A stretch of 64,000 nt of DNA from a virus: positions 11,462 to 75,461 of the IMG/VR virus record IMGVR_UViG_3300043313_001099, one strand, 5' to 3'. This document shows positions 1 through 8,593 of the stretch, one piece after another. The position numbers and the translations under genes are program-made. The first letter of the stretch is position 1. Every line of letters starts with the position of its first letter. The notes below the pieces were generated by a model that worked only from the letters and a program-made list of their open reading frames with translations, ran no database searches and was not told the DNA's origin.

Positions 1-160
1 GCCCGGTCAGCCCGGGAAACAGGCTCTTGTGGGAGGTCAGCGCTGCGGCGGTACCCGGGGTGTCGACCCCGACCAGCATCCGGGGCCGCACGATGGCGGT
101 CCCGGACGCGGGTACGACGGTGCCGTTGGGCAGGGTGACCGCTCCGGAGAACGTCACCAT
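1..160 (-). CDS. Hypothetical protein, truncated by window edge (MVTFSGAVTLPNGTVVPASGTAIVRP...)
   Basis: ATG at 160, 7 nt after the stop of 168..449; open to position 1; N-terminus resembles a segment of the 93-aa neighbour. Confidence 0.55.
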   Translation of the reverse strand, partial: MVTFSGAVTLPNGTVVPASGTAIVRPRMLVGVDTPGTAAALTSHKSLFPGLTG

Positions 161-167
161 CCGGGCC

Positions 168-449
168 TCAGCCGGCCGGAGTGGCGTGGAACATGGCCGG
201 GTTGTCCGGGTCCTGGAGGACCACGTACCCCGGGGCGGAGAACGCCCCGTAGCGCCCGCCCGGGATGGTGACGTGGGCCGTGCCCGACGCCTCGAAGCTG
301 CCGAGGCCGGGCACAGCGACGGAACCGGTGAAGGTCACATCCTTGACCTGTGCGTCCATGTTGGCGTCGACCTCCACGGTGAAGGTGATCGGGTCACCCT
401 CGGTGTAGGTGGCGTCGGGGGCGTCGAAGCGGAGGGTTGCGGTGGTCAC
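168..449 (-). CDS. Small beta-rich, Ig-like protein (93 aa)
   Basis: ACAGGAG RBS; alternating beta-strand pattern (YTEGDPITFTVEV). Confidence 0.7.
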   Translation of the reverse strand: MTTATLRFDAPDATYTEGDPITFTVEVDANMDAQVKDVTFTGSVAVPGLGSFEASGTAHVTIPGGRYGAFSAPGYVVLQDPDNPAMFHATPAG

Positions 450-500
450 GGAGCTCCTGTCCTGTGCGATGAGTGGATGTCGGGGATGGGCGGAGGGGTG

Positions 501-857
501 TTACCGGCTGAGCCCGGCGGTGCGCCGGCCGGACAGCGACGGGGCCTTGCCCACGGACAGCACGGTCAGCGCGGCGAGGATGAGCTCCGTCAGGTCGCCG
601 GAGTCGATCCCGCCGACGATTGCCGTCGCGGCCACGTTCAGCACCGCCAGGAACAGGGCGATCACGGTCTTGACCCACGGCCACTGCGGCATGCTTGGGA
701 ACAGGTACACCGCAAAGGCGGTCACGGCGGCGATGGCCACCTGGATGCCCTCCTGCTGGGTCAGGTGCCCGTCCGAGATGAGGGCCTGCGTGGCGGTCAC
801 GACCGCGAACAGGAACGCCCAGAGCGACTTGCCGTACCGCGAGTAGAACTCGGACAT
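501..857 (-). CDS. Holin (118 aa, several TM helices)
   Basis: Duplicated hydrophobic helices (KSLWAFLFAVV / KTVIALFLAVL); basic C-terminus; lies in lysis region. Confidence 0.8.
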   Translation of the reverse strand: MSEFYSRYGKSLWAFLFAVVTATQALISDGHLTQQEGIQVAIAAVTAFAVYLFPSMPQWPWVKTVIALFLAVLNVAATAIVGGIDSGDLTELILAALTVLSVGKAPSLSGRRTAGLSR

Positions 858-866
858 GAGAGCCTC

Positions 867-1763
867 CTACAGGCTGTCGATGAAGTTGCGGATCCCCTGC
901 GCCAGGCGCGCCAGGAATGCGCGCACCCGGTCCAGGAGGCTGTAGCCCGCTGCCGGCGCAGGGCCGGGAGTCGGGCCGGGGAGAGGGAGCGTCCGGCCGG
1001 TCAGCTCCCGGTACGCGGACGCCAGGGCAGGCAGGTCGATGCCGGCCTGGAATGCGGGGTGGGACAGGTGCTCCGGCCAGATCACGACCCACGCCTCATC
1101 AAGCTGGTGGGTCAGGAACTCGTCCGTCGTGCCGAGTACGTCGCCCCACGTCACCACGGACACGTCGAGGCCGTGGCCACTGGCGGAGGTGTACGCGCCG
1201 GCCGCAACCGCGTGTCCGCCCCATTCGGCGGAGCGGGAGTAGTCCCACAGCCCTCGGTAGGTCTGGTCCTGCTGGGCCACTTGGAGGTCGACGCCGAGGA
1301 GGGCCACGCCGAAGATCGACACGGCGGCCCGGAGCTCGTCCAGGTTGGTGTGGTCGACCTGTGCGAAGCACACCGGCCGGTACCCGCCGATGCCGCCAGC
1401 CAGGAGGGCCTCAAGCATGGTTTGCATGTCCACGCCGTTGTCGTCCGCGCCCGTGGCCGGATCGAACCGGGGATTGCCCGACCGGCGGTAGAGGTCGAAC
1501 ACGTCCTCCTGCGACGGGGACCGCTCCGGCACATCCGCGTACACGGTGAGCGCCTTGAGGCTGTTCGCCACGCTCACCGGCCCGCAGTCTCCGAACTGAT
1601 CATTTCGGTACAGCTCGAAATCAAAGACCCGTGAGAGGTGGTCGACGGTGATCGGGTGCGCGGGCACGCCGGCGGTGAGGAGTGGGCCGAGGCGGAGCGC
1701 CGGCCGCCGCGACGGTGCACGCCGGCCGAGCCGCCTGCCGTCCTCGACGTGTTCGTGGGGCAC
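867..1763 (-). CDS. Papain-like (clan CA) cysteine peptidase
   Basis: NDQFGDC catalytic-Cys motif, GGHAV catalytic-His motif, VTWG motif. Confidence 0.75.
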   Translation of the reverse strand: MPHEHVEDGRRLGRRAPSRRPALRLGPLLTAGVPAHPITVDHLSRVFDFELYRNDQFGDCGPVSVANSLKALTVYADVPERSPSQEDVFDLYRRSGNPRFDPATGADDNGVDMQTMLEALLAGGIGGYRPVCFAQVDHTNLDELRAAVSIFGVALLGVDLQVAQQDQTYRGLWDYSRSAEWGGHAVAAGAYTSASGHGLDVSVVTWGDVLGTTDEFLTHQLDEAWVVIWPEHLSHPAFQAGIDLPALASAYRELTGRTLPLPGPTPGPAPAAGYSLLDRVRAFLARLAQGIRNFIDSL

Positions 1764-1842
1764 AGGGGTTACCTCCGTATGGGCGCAGGGCTGCCCACCC
1801 GCCAGCGGGACGCTGGGCGGGCCGGGCGGGCAGGATGAGGGG

Positions 1843-2136
1843 ATGACGGAGCGACCACTTCAGGTCTGGTGGAATGGCCGGTGGGGCAGGATGTCCAGCC
1901 GCCGGATCTACGTCATGGACAGGCCGGACGGGTATGAGGTGGAGGCAACCGGGGGCCGCGCCGGCCGGAGGGTGTGGGACGTGCCCAACCTGGCGGACGG
2001 CGTGCCCGACACGGAGCGGGTCGACGCCCTCCTACGGGACCTGATGTCCCCGGAGGACGCCGACCCCAACGACGGCTGGTGCAACATCACCGACGCCTAC
2101 CGGAACAGGCTCAGCTCACCACCGGAGGCGGAGTGA
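1843..2136 (+). CDS. Small counter-oriented protein inside the lysis cassette (97 aa)
   Basis: ATG at 1843, 6 nt after a CAGGAT -10-like hexamer (leaderless arrangement); fills the gap between minus-strand genes. Confidence 0.6.
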   Translation: MTERPLQVWWNGRWGRMSSRRIYVMDRPDGYEVEATGGRAGRRVWDVPNLADGVPDTERVDALLRDLMSPEDADPNDGWCNITDAYRNRLSSPPEAE

Positions 2137-2575
2137 CGGCGAGCGACTGAAGCTGCTCCACCTGCACTCTGGCCACGCGGAGCTCGCTCTCCCTGGCAGC
2201 CAGCAACTCCCTCGCCATCTGGAGCTCGGCGTGGGCCCGTGCGAGATCCGTGTGGGCCTGCGCCAGCTCGGCGCGCAGGCTCCGGGCCTGCGCCAGGAGT
2301 TCCTGCTCCCGCTGCTCCAGCGTCGCCACCCGGATCCGTAGCGCGGTGACCTCGTTTTCCAGCGCGATCAAGCGCTCAGCCATGTGTTTGCGCTCCTCGG
2401 ACATCATGGCAACCACCTGCTGTGCAGCGTTGGTAACCACGTCGGCGGCCTGCGCCTCAGTGAGTTCCACTGAGGCATTCGATTCCGCCTTGCGGCGACG
2501 TCCGAGGAGCGCGGAGAACCCAACCCCGGCAACGGTGATGACTGCCACCGTGACCTCGGTTGGCACGGGGATCAT
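2111..2575 (-). CDS. Membrane-anchored coiled-coil lysis accessory protein
   Basis: N-terminal TM helix then GRRRK and a long heptad coiled coil; overlaps endolysin stop. Confidence 0.75.
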   Translation of the reverse strand: MIPVPTEVTVAVITVAGVGFSALLGRRRKAESNASVELTEAQAADVVTNAAQQVVAMMSEERKHMAERLIALENEVTALRIRVATLEQREQELLAQARSLRAELAQAHTDLARAHAELQMARELLAARESELRVARVQVEQLQSLAVTPPPVVS

Positions 2576-3681
2576 CCGGCCAGCCGGCGGGCGAGGTCGT
2601 CCCCCTCCGCTTTGGTGATGGCGGCCAGCACCGCCGAGTCGGTGAGCGCCGCCTTGAGAGCAGCCACCAGGTCAGCCTGGCTGACCCCGGGTACCCCGGA
2701 CGCGGCCGGCTGTACGGCCGGCAGCGCGCCGGCCCAGGTCCCCCAGCCGGACCGCACGTACCGGGGGTAGACGCCGCCGCCCAGCTTGGGCAGGTCGACC
2801 CACTCGAACTTGCCCGGCTGGTTGATCAGGTTCCGAACGGTGTCCCCGGTGAGGAGATCCGGGTAGGTCGGGCCGAAGCCGGACGCCTTGCCGTACGCGA
2901 TGATCTGCGCGTCGGCCAGGCTGACCGGCCGGCTGACCAGCCCGTTGCACAGGTAGTAGTTGTTCTTGTCGTCAACGGCGAGGAACATGGCGGCCTCCTT
3001 GGAGTCGTCAGTGAGAGCGGCGAGGTGGCCGCTGGCGAGTAGCGCGTAGAGCTGCGTCCGGGTACCCCGGAATGCGGAGATGTCGCTCGTGCTCAGCCCG
3101 GCGATCGTGGCTGAGCTGGCGAACTGCCAGAACGCCGGCATCTGTCCGGAGTAGGAGACCCACCCGGGGCCGTTGTCCCCCGGGTACAGGTCCCGCCAGT
3201 AGGCCAGGCGAGACGACGGGTAGTTCGCATTCCAGATTGCGTACGGCCAGCCGCGCAGGCTGTCCCCGTACTGGGTCTTGGAGGCGTAGACCACGACTTT
3301 CTTGCCGGTACGGGCGAGCTCGTCGGCGTACTCCCGGCCGTCCTGCGGAGACACCGAGTCGTACGGCCACCGCTCCAGGTCAACCTGCCACCACCAGCCC
3401 GGCATGTCCCGCCACCAGGGGGCGATGCGGTCGCACTGCGAGATGAGGACCCTGGCCTGCGCCGCGCCGTCCCCGGACCGGACCACGCCGTACGCGCCGA
3501 TCAGGTCGAAGCCGACCTGCCGCCAGGAGGCGAACGCCAGCGCCGCCTCCTCGTCGTAGCCGCCCATGCCTTCCGTGACCTTGTGGCTGACGGCCGCCAG
3601 CCCTTCCGCCTTCATTCGTGCCGCCACGGTCGGCGTGATGTAGTCGTCGTAGTGGCTGAAGTCCCCGAGGAACTCGGTCAT
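2572..3681 (-). CDS. Endolysin, GH25 (Chalaropsis-type) muramidase
   Basis: Start MTEFLGDFSHY with GGAG RBS; GH25 motifs D-x-S-H-Y, KVTEG, VDLE, WQFASS. Confidence 0.88.
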   Translation of the reverse strand: MTEFLGDFSHYDDYITPTVAARMKAEGLAAVSHKVTEGMGGYDEEAALAFASWRQVGFDLIGAYGVVRSGDGAAQARVLISQCDRIAPWWRDMPGWWWQVDLERWPYDSVSPQDGREYADELARTGKKVVVYASKTQYGDSLRGWPYAIWNANYPSSRLAYWRDLYPGDNGPGWVSYSGQMPAFWQFASSATIAGLSTSDISAFRGTRTQLYALLASGHLAALTDDSKEAAMFLAVDDKNNYYLCNGLVSRPVSLADAQIIAYGKASGFGPTYPDLLTGDTVRNLINQPGKFEWVDLPKLGGGVYPRYVRSGWGTWAGALPAVQPAASGVPGVSQADLVAALKAALTDSAVLAAITKAEGDDLARRLAG

Positions 3682-3688
3682 CGCTCCC

Positions 3689-5452
3689 TCACTTCCCCGT
3701 GGCAGCGCGCCATGCCGCCGGGGAGGCGGTGTCGGCAGGCTGCGACGTGATGGTCTGGGTGGCGACGTTGCTGACCGTGGGCCAGTACACCGCCCGATGG
3801 ATGGCTTGCCGGATCTGCCAGTCACCCTTGGGCCCGGTCTCGTCAAACCACGAGAACAGGGCGTATCCGTGCGCCACCGCGTAGGCGTACGAGGTGGTAA
3901 TCCAGTTGGGTCGGCGCGTGGAGTCAGCGAAGTCCGGCGCACAGCCGACCTCAGTCCATCCCTTCTGGACACCCTTCGCGTCCGCCCAGGCGGTGAACGC
4001 ATCCATGAGGACCGGGGCGTTCTTCCACGTCGTGCTGTCATGGCGGGCGGACGGCAGGTTGTATTGATCGACGGCGTATCCCTCGACGCCCGGCACCCAG
4101 TAGTCCTCGGGGTCGCGGCCGGACACCGGATCCCAGGTGTAGCCCATGAGGATCGGCCAGACTTTGACCTTGGGGTTGCCGATGGTGGCCACGAGGCTGA
4201 CCAGGTGTGCGACGCCGGCCCGCCAGGTGGAGGCGAGCATGGAGCCGGACTCAACGTTGTCCTCCGGCTCGTGGTACGGGCAGATCTTCAGCCACTGCCC
4301 GGTGTAGCCGCCGAGGAGCGTCGTCAACTTCGCGTCGTAGCTGCCAGCAGCCAATGCCGTCATGTCGAACTTGATCGACAGCACGCAACCTCGGCTCGCC
4401 CAGTCACTCGTCTCGCCCGGCACAGGCCAGGTGGTGCCGAGGGCAGCCACAGAGGACTGACTCGGGTTGAGGTAGACACGGAGGAAGTCGACCGCCCCGC
4501 AGGCGGAGACCCATGCGTCGTAGGACTGCTGGAGGGTGTGGCCCGATGCCGGGTACGGAGCGACGGCCGCGCCCACCTTCAGCACGGGAGTGTCCGGCCG
4601 GGAACCGATGGGGTACGTGATGAAGTCGAACCAGACCGTAGAGGCCGTGATGCCGGACCCTACGGAGATCAGGCCGCCCGACGTGATCGTGACCGCGCCG
4701 GAGCCGCCGGACCAGCGGATGCCGCCGGTCAGCGAACCGGATGGGCAGTGCGCGGCAGCGATGGTGCCGAGGGTGGTGCCGGACGTAGCGGTTCCCACGA
4801 GCGTTCCCCGGATCCGGACCGTGGCCCCGTCCGCCTCCAGGCGGGTCGAGCAGTGCACGGTGCCGTGAGCCATGCCGGTACCGGGGGTCACGTCGATCCA
4901 GGGACCGGGTACCGGCTGCGCCGTACCGCCTCCGGAGCTGGATGGGGCCGGTACCGACAGCCATTTCTGGAGGAGCTCATTCCAGGTCGGCACGTCGCCG
5001 TCCGCCCGGGTAGCCGGATCTCCCAGCGCCGAGTCGGTGAGGTCGCCGCTGCCGATGTTGTGCGGGTTGACGGCCGTGGTGTGTCCGGTCAGGGCGGTAG
5101 CGCCGACAGCAACGCCGGCCACCGCTGAGGCCACCGCGTCCGCCAGGGCCACCGAGAGGACCAGTACGCGCGGGCCACCGGCCGCCGACGCCCACATGGC
5201 GAGCACCCCGGGAGGTCCGTACACGGAGAGGATCGCGCCGGCCGTGATGCCGCCGGAGCCGGTGCTTGTCGTGGTGCCGGTGACGGCGGTCAGGCCGTCC
5301 GGATCCGAGCTGAGGTCGGTGTACTGGGTACCGCCGACCTGTGCGTTCCAGAACGTGACAGCCACCCCGGGCTGAAGCACCATCGTGGAGCCGCTGCCTG
5401 CCGTCACCGCGTAGTCGGCCGCCCCGCCGCCGAACAGATACCGCACAGCCAT
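3689..5452 (-). CDS. Minor tail / receptor-binding protein with C-terminal GH26-like glycoside hydrolase domain
   Basis: Start MAVRYLFGG; Gly/Thr-rich fibre part; C-terminal PYHEPED, DYWVPGVEGYAVDQYN and WTEVG motifs typical of clan GH-A/GH26. Confidence 0.72.
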   Translation of the reverse strand: MAVRYLFGGGAADYAVTAGSGSTMVLQPGVAVTFWNAQVGGTQYTDLSSDPDGLTAVTGTTTSTGSGGITAGAILSVYGPPGVLAMWASAAGGPRVLVLSVALADAVASAVAGVAVGATALTGHTTAVNPHNIGSGDLTDSALGDPATRADGDVPTWNELLQKWLSVPAPSSSGGGTAQPVPGPWIDVTPGTGMAHGTVHCSTRLEADGATVRIRGTLVGTATSGTTLGTIAAAHCPSGSLTGGIRWSGGSGAVTITSGGLISVGSGITASTVWFDFITYPIGSRPDTPVLKVGAAVAPYPASGHTLQQSYDAWVSACGAVDFLRVYLNPSQSSVAALGTTWPVPGETSDWASRGCVLSIKFDMTALAAGSYDAKLTTLLGGYTGQWLKICPYHEPEDNVESGSMLASTWRAGVAHLVSLVATIGNPKVKVWPILMGYTWDPVSGRDPEDYWVPGVEGYAVDQYNLPSARHDSTTWKNAPVLMDAFTAWADAKGVQKGWTEVGCAPDFADSTRRPNWITTSYAYAVAHGYALFSWFDETGPKGDWQIRQAIHRAVYWPTVSNVATQTITSQPADTASPAAWRAATGK

Positions 5453-5466
5453 GTCCAGCCCCCCCG

Positions 5467-6387
5467 TCAGCCGACCGGCCAGGACACCGAGTGCAGAGCA
5501 ACCCCGGTGCCGGTCGGAATGTCGATCCAGAAGTCGTTGAGGACCACGGAGCCGTCCACGTCGATGTAGCCGTGGCCGAGGTTGCCGTGCGTGAGGTACA
5601 TGAGGATCTGCACCTGCTCCGTAGGCAGGTACGGGGTGGGGATGTTGGCGAGGGTGGAGATCCCTGTCGCCGTCACCAGCCCTCCGGTGCGGTTCACCGA
5701 GAGCTGGAGGCTGGCGACGCCGTTGACGGCGCGAATCTTGGACTGGATCACGGACCAGCCGCCCGCTGCTGACACGGGGAGCCAGCCGGAGTCGGATCGG
5801 ATGATGAGCCACGTCGACCCGTTGGACACCAGGAGCCGCTGGGTGTCCGTCTCGTAGATGATCAGACCGGCGGCGTGCGCCGGCCGGGAATCCCTCTTGC
5901 ACACCACGGCGGGCGGGGCCACGTACTGCGCGAACCAGGTCACGTCGGAGGCGGCGATGGTGGCCGCGCCGGGGGCCACGTTGACCTGTGCGAGCGGCAG
6001 CTCCCACACTCCGGTGTCTCCGAGGTCCTGCACCGGGGCGGGGAGGGAGGAGCCGCCGGTTACGACGGCGACGCGCACGTTCCAGGTGGAGCGGGTCAGC
6101 CGCAGCACCACGAGGTCCTTGCGGACGGATCCGCCGCCGTTGGCCGCGACCGTGAACGAGGTGTCGGAGGTGCCCGAGTACCAGGTGAAGCCGCGTACCC
6201 GACCCCAGTTGCCGAGGCGGGACTTCACCGCCCGGGCACTGTTGTCGGCGTAGATGACCGGGGTGTCGCCGGGCGTCCCGTAGATGGCGCTCGGCGTGTT
6301 GAACATGGCGTGAAGCTCGTACTCCCGGTCAGACATGCTGCCGGAGCTATGAGTGGGGGACGGCCAGGAGTCCTCGGCCACGGTCAT
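5467..6387 (-). CDS. Minor tail protein
   Basis: RKDLVVLRL and WELPLAQVNV motifs seen in actinophage baseplate/upper-fibre proteins; synteny. Confidence 0.8.
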   Translation of the reverse strand: MTVAEDSWPSPTHSSGSMSDREYELHAMFNTPSAIYGTPGDTPVIYADNSARAVKSRLGNWGRVRGFTWYSGTSDTSFTVAANGGGSVRKDLVVLRLTRSTWNVRVAVVTGGSSLPAPVQDLGDTGVWELPLAQVNVAPGAATIAASDVTWFAQYVAPPAVVCKRDSRPAHAAGLIIYETDTQRLLVSNGSTWLIIRSDSGWLPVSAAGGWSVIQSKIRAVNGVASLQLSVNRTGGLVTATGISTLANIPTPYLPTEQVQILMYLTHGNLGHGYIDVDGSVVLNDFWIDIPTGTGVALHSVSWPVG

Positions 6388-7541
6388 CTCCTCTCGAACA
6401 GGCTGGTGCGCCGGATGAGGCGGCGGAGTTCCCGCACGTAGGCGGGGTCGCTGCTGGAGCCGGTGCCGATCTGGACAGACACGAGTTCGCCGTCCTCCGG
6501 GGTGGCAGTGAGGGTCACGGAGGTCACCACGTCGACCACGGCGAGGCCGGGCCAGAGGTCCACGGACACGAGGTCGCCCAGCGTGAAGTCGATTCCGTAC
6601 CGCTGGTCGGGGGTGTCGATGGCGACCACGGACAGCCCGGCCTGCTCGGCGGCCTCCGCCAGGGCCTGGTCGCCGGCCTGGTCCATCTCGGCATTGGTGC
6701 CGGACGAGTTGACGAACGGGGCTTCCATGCGCGGCCAGCCGGCGGCCAGTGCGGCGGAGCTGGGCCGTTCCCGGATGGTCCGGGACGCTCCGTCTCCGTC
6801 TCCGCCGACGATGGCCACCGTGGCGGAAGGTGCCTGCGGCCGGTACTGAATCGCCAGCAGGTTGTTCCGCTGCCGGGAGAACCGGATCCGGCGTGACCTG
6901 TCTGCCGGCGCAGACACCTCGAAAAGGATCTGCTTCCCAACCTGTCGGGTCCGGTAGTTCAGTCCCCCGGCGGCCAGTGCGACTGCGCGCAGGTCGTCGC
7001 CCATCTGGCCGAATCGGGAGGAGAAGTCGATGGCGGAGCCGACTCCGGCGGAGGTCCCCAGGGCCAGCTTGGGAATGCGCCGGGCGGTGAGCGCACCCGG
7101 GCCGGCGTTCTCATTGACCAGGGCGCGGAGGATGGTCTCCCCGTTGGTCGCGGTCCAGGACCGCTTGGCCGTGACCTGTGCCGTAGCCGCCAGGGCGGCG
7201 TTCGGGTACGTGTTCCGGGCGCAGATCAGGGCCAGGTCGTCGGTCCACCGCACGGTGGACTCCCCCGGGCCGGCGGCGGAGGAGTCATCGGCGGACCAGT
7301 CGTACTCGTCCGGGTACTCGATCGGTCCCGCGCACCACACCTCGCCGCTCCGGAGAAGCAGGATGCGGTTTCCCGGTCCGGCGATCCGCTCGTGGAGCGC
7401 GCCGGAGGCTGGGCTGGTCAGGGAGTATGCGCCGGGGGCGTTGCGGTCCTGCCTGCCCTCGATGGCGGTCCAGGGGATCGGATCTCCCAGGACGTTGAGG
7501 TCCTTGTCCGTGACCAGGGCGGTGAGTGCCACGGCGCTCAC
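6384..7541 (-). CDS. Minor tail (baseplate hub/Tal-like, ReqiPepy6 Gp37-like) protein
   Basis: Position after Dit; C-terminal YGIDFTLGDLVSV motif. Confidence 0.8.
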   Translation of the reverse strand: MSAVALTALVTDKDLNVLGDPIPWTAIEGRQDRNAPGAYSLTSPASGALHERIAGPGNRILLLRSGEVWCAGPIEYPDEYDWSADDSSAAGPGESTVRWTDDLALICARNTYPNAALAATAQVTAKRSWTATNGETILRALVNENAGPGALTARRIPKLALGTSAGVGSAIDFSSRFGQMGDDLRAVALAAGGLNYRTRQVGKQILFEVSAPADRSRRIRFSRQRNNLLAIQYRPQAPSATVAIVGGDGDGASRTIRERPSSAALAAGWPRMEAPFVNSSGTNAEMDQAGDQALAEAAEQAGLSVVAIDTPDQRYGIDFTLGDLVSVDLWPGLAVVDVVTSVTLTATPEDGELVSVQIGTGSSSDPAYVRELRRLIRRTSLFERR

Positions 7542-7553
7542 CCCCCTCAGTGG

Positions 7554-8519
7554 TCAGGCGGTGCCGTAGCAGATCGGCAGCTCGTAAGCGATGGAGGTGC
7601 CGGCCCCCGAGCCGGAGACCGTGAATGTCACGGAGCTCTCCCCAGGGGGGAGTCCCCACGGTTGGGCGGCCGGCCAGTTGAGTGCCTCGGTCCAGACCTC
7701 GCCGGCCGGGCCGCGCACCTGCAACGGCTTTGTGCTGACGGTGACGATCTCGCCGGCCAGGAGGGGGCCGTGGTCAACGCCGTCCGCGTCCGGGTCGAGG
7801 GTCCAGGACTCACCGGTGGAGTTGAGGGTGGCGGTCACTCCGGACGCCGGGCCGGTAATCGTCCAGGTCCCCCACGCGGTGTCCTCGCCCGGGTTGACGA
7901 TCGTGGTGTCCCCGAGCGTCTGCGACGAGGTGATCGTGGGGTACGGAGCCAGGAACGGCACCGGGGCGGCGGTGTAGCGCCGCTCGATGACGAGGGTCTC
8001 CAGCGCCTTCCACCACGGGTCGAGACAGACGAGCTGGACGATCGCGTCGTCCTCCCAGGTGCCGCCGCCGGGAGTGCCATCGAACCCGCTGCTGTAGTGG
8101 GCGTCGATCCAGCGGGCGGACCCGTCCGGCCGGACCACGGTGAGCCGGCCAGGTCCCCGGAGTCGGGTCTGGGTGAACGCCCACTGCAACTGCCGCCAGC
8201 GGGCCAAGAACTCCATGTGACTGGAGCCGATGACCCGTATCGGCCAGGTCATGTACCGGGGCTGCGGCTGCTGGTGCCGCATCGACGCCCCGCCCGTGGG
8301 CAGGGCGTCGAGAGTGGTGGACAGCGGTACCGCTCCCCAGGCCACGGCGGCGTCGATTGCCCACCATCCCCGGCTGCTATCGGTGAGCGGCCAGGTGGTC
8401 CCGTCCGGCGCAGTCCACGTCACCGTGGGCGCGCCGAACAGAGCCTCCGCCGTTGGGGGTGTTGGAGGGATCGGCTCCAGTACCTCAACGACTTCGCCGT
8501 CCCCTGTGAAGATGGGCAC
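7554..8519 (-). CDS. Distal tail (Dit-like) protein
   Basis: Directly after tape measure; NPGEDTAWGTWTITGP and LPPGESSVTF motifs. Confidence 0.82.
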   Translation of the reverse strand: MPIFTGDGEVVEVLEPIPPTPPTAEALFGAPTVTWTAPDGTTWPLTDSSRGWWAIDAAVAWGAVPLSTTLDALPTGGASMRHQQPQPRYMTWPIRVIGSSHMEFLARWRQLQWAFTQTRLRGPGRLTVVRPDGSARWIDAHYSSGFDGTPGGGTWEDDAIVQLVCLDPWWKALETLVIERRYTAAPVPFLAPYPTITSSQTLGDTTIVNPGEDTAWGTWTITGPASGVTATLNSTGESWTLDPDADGVDHGPLLAGEIVTVSTKPLQVRGPAGEVWTEALNWPAAQPWGLPPGESSVTFTVSGSGAGTSIAYELPICYGTA

Positions 8520-8593
8520 CCGGACCTACCTCCGTCCCCTGTTCACTCGCCAGCGACCACCACAGCGGCCGGGCCGGGCGGTTCCGCCGGGGG

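Noticed and set aside
27-1634. 535-aa plus-strand ORF
   Set aside because: Antisense shadow of the holin and peptidase genes; typical stop-poor high-GC frame with no motifs
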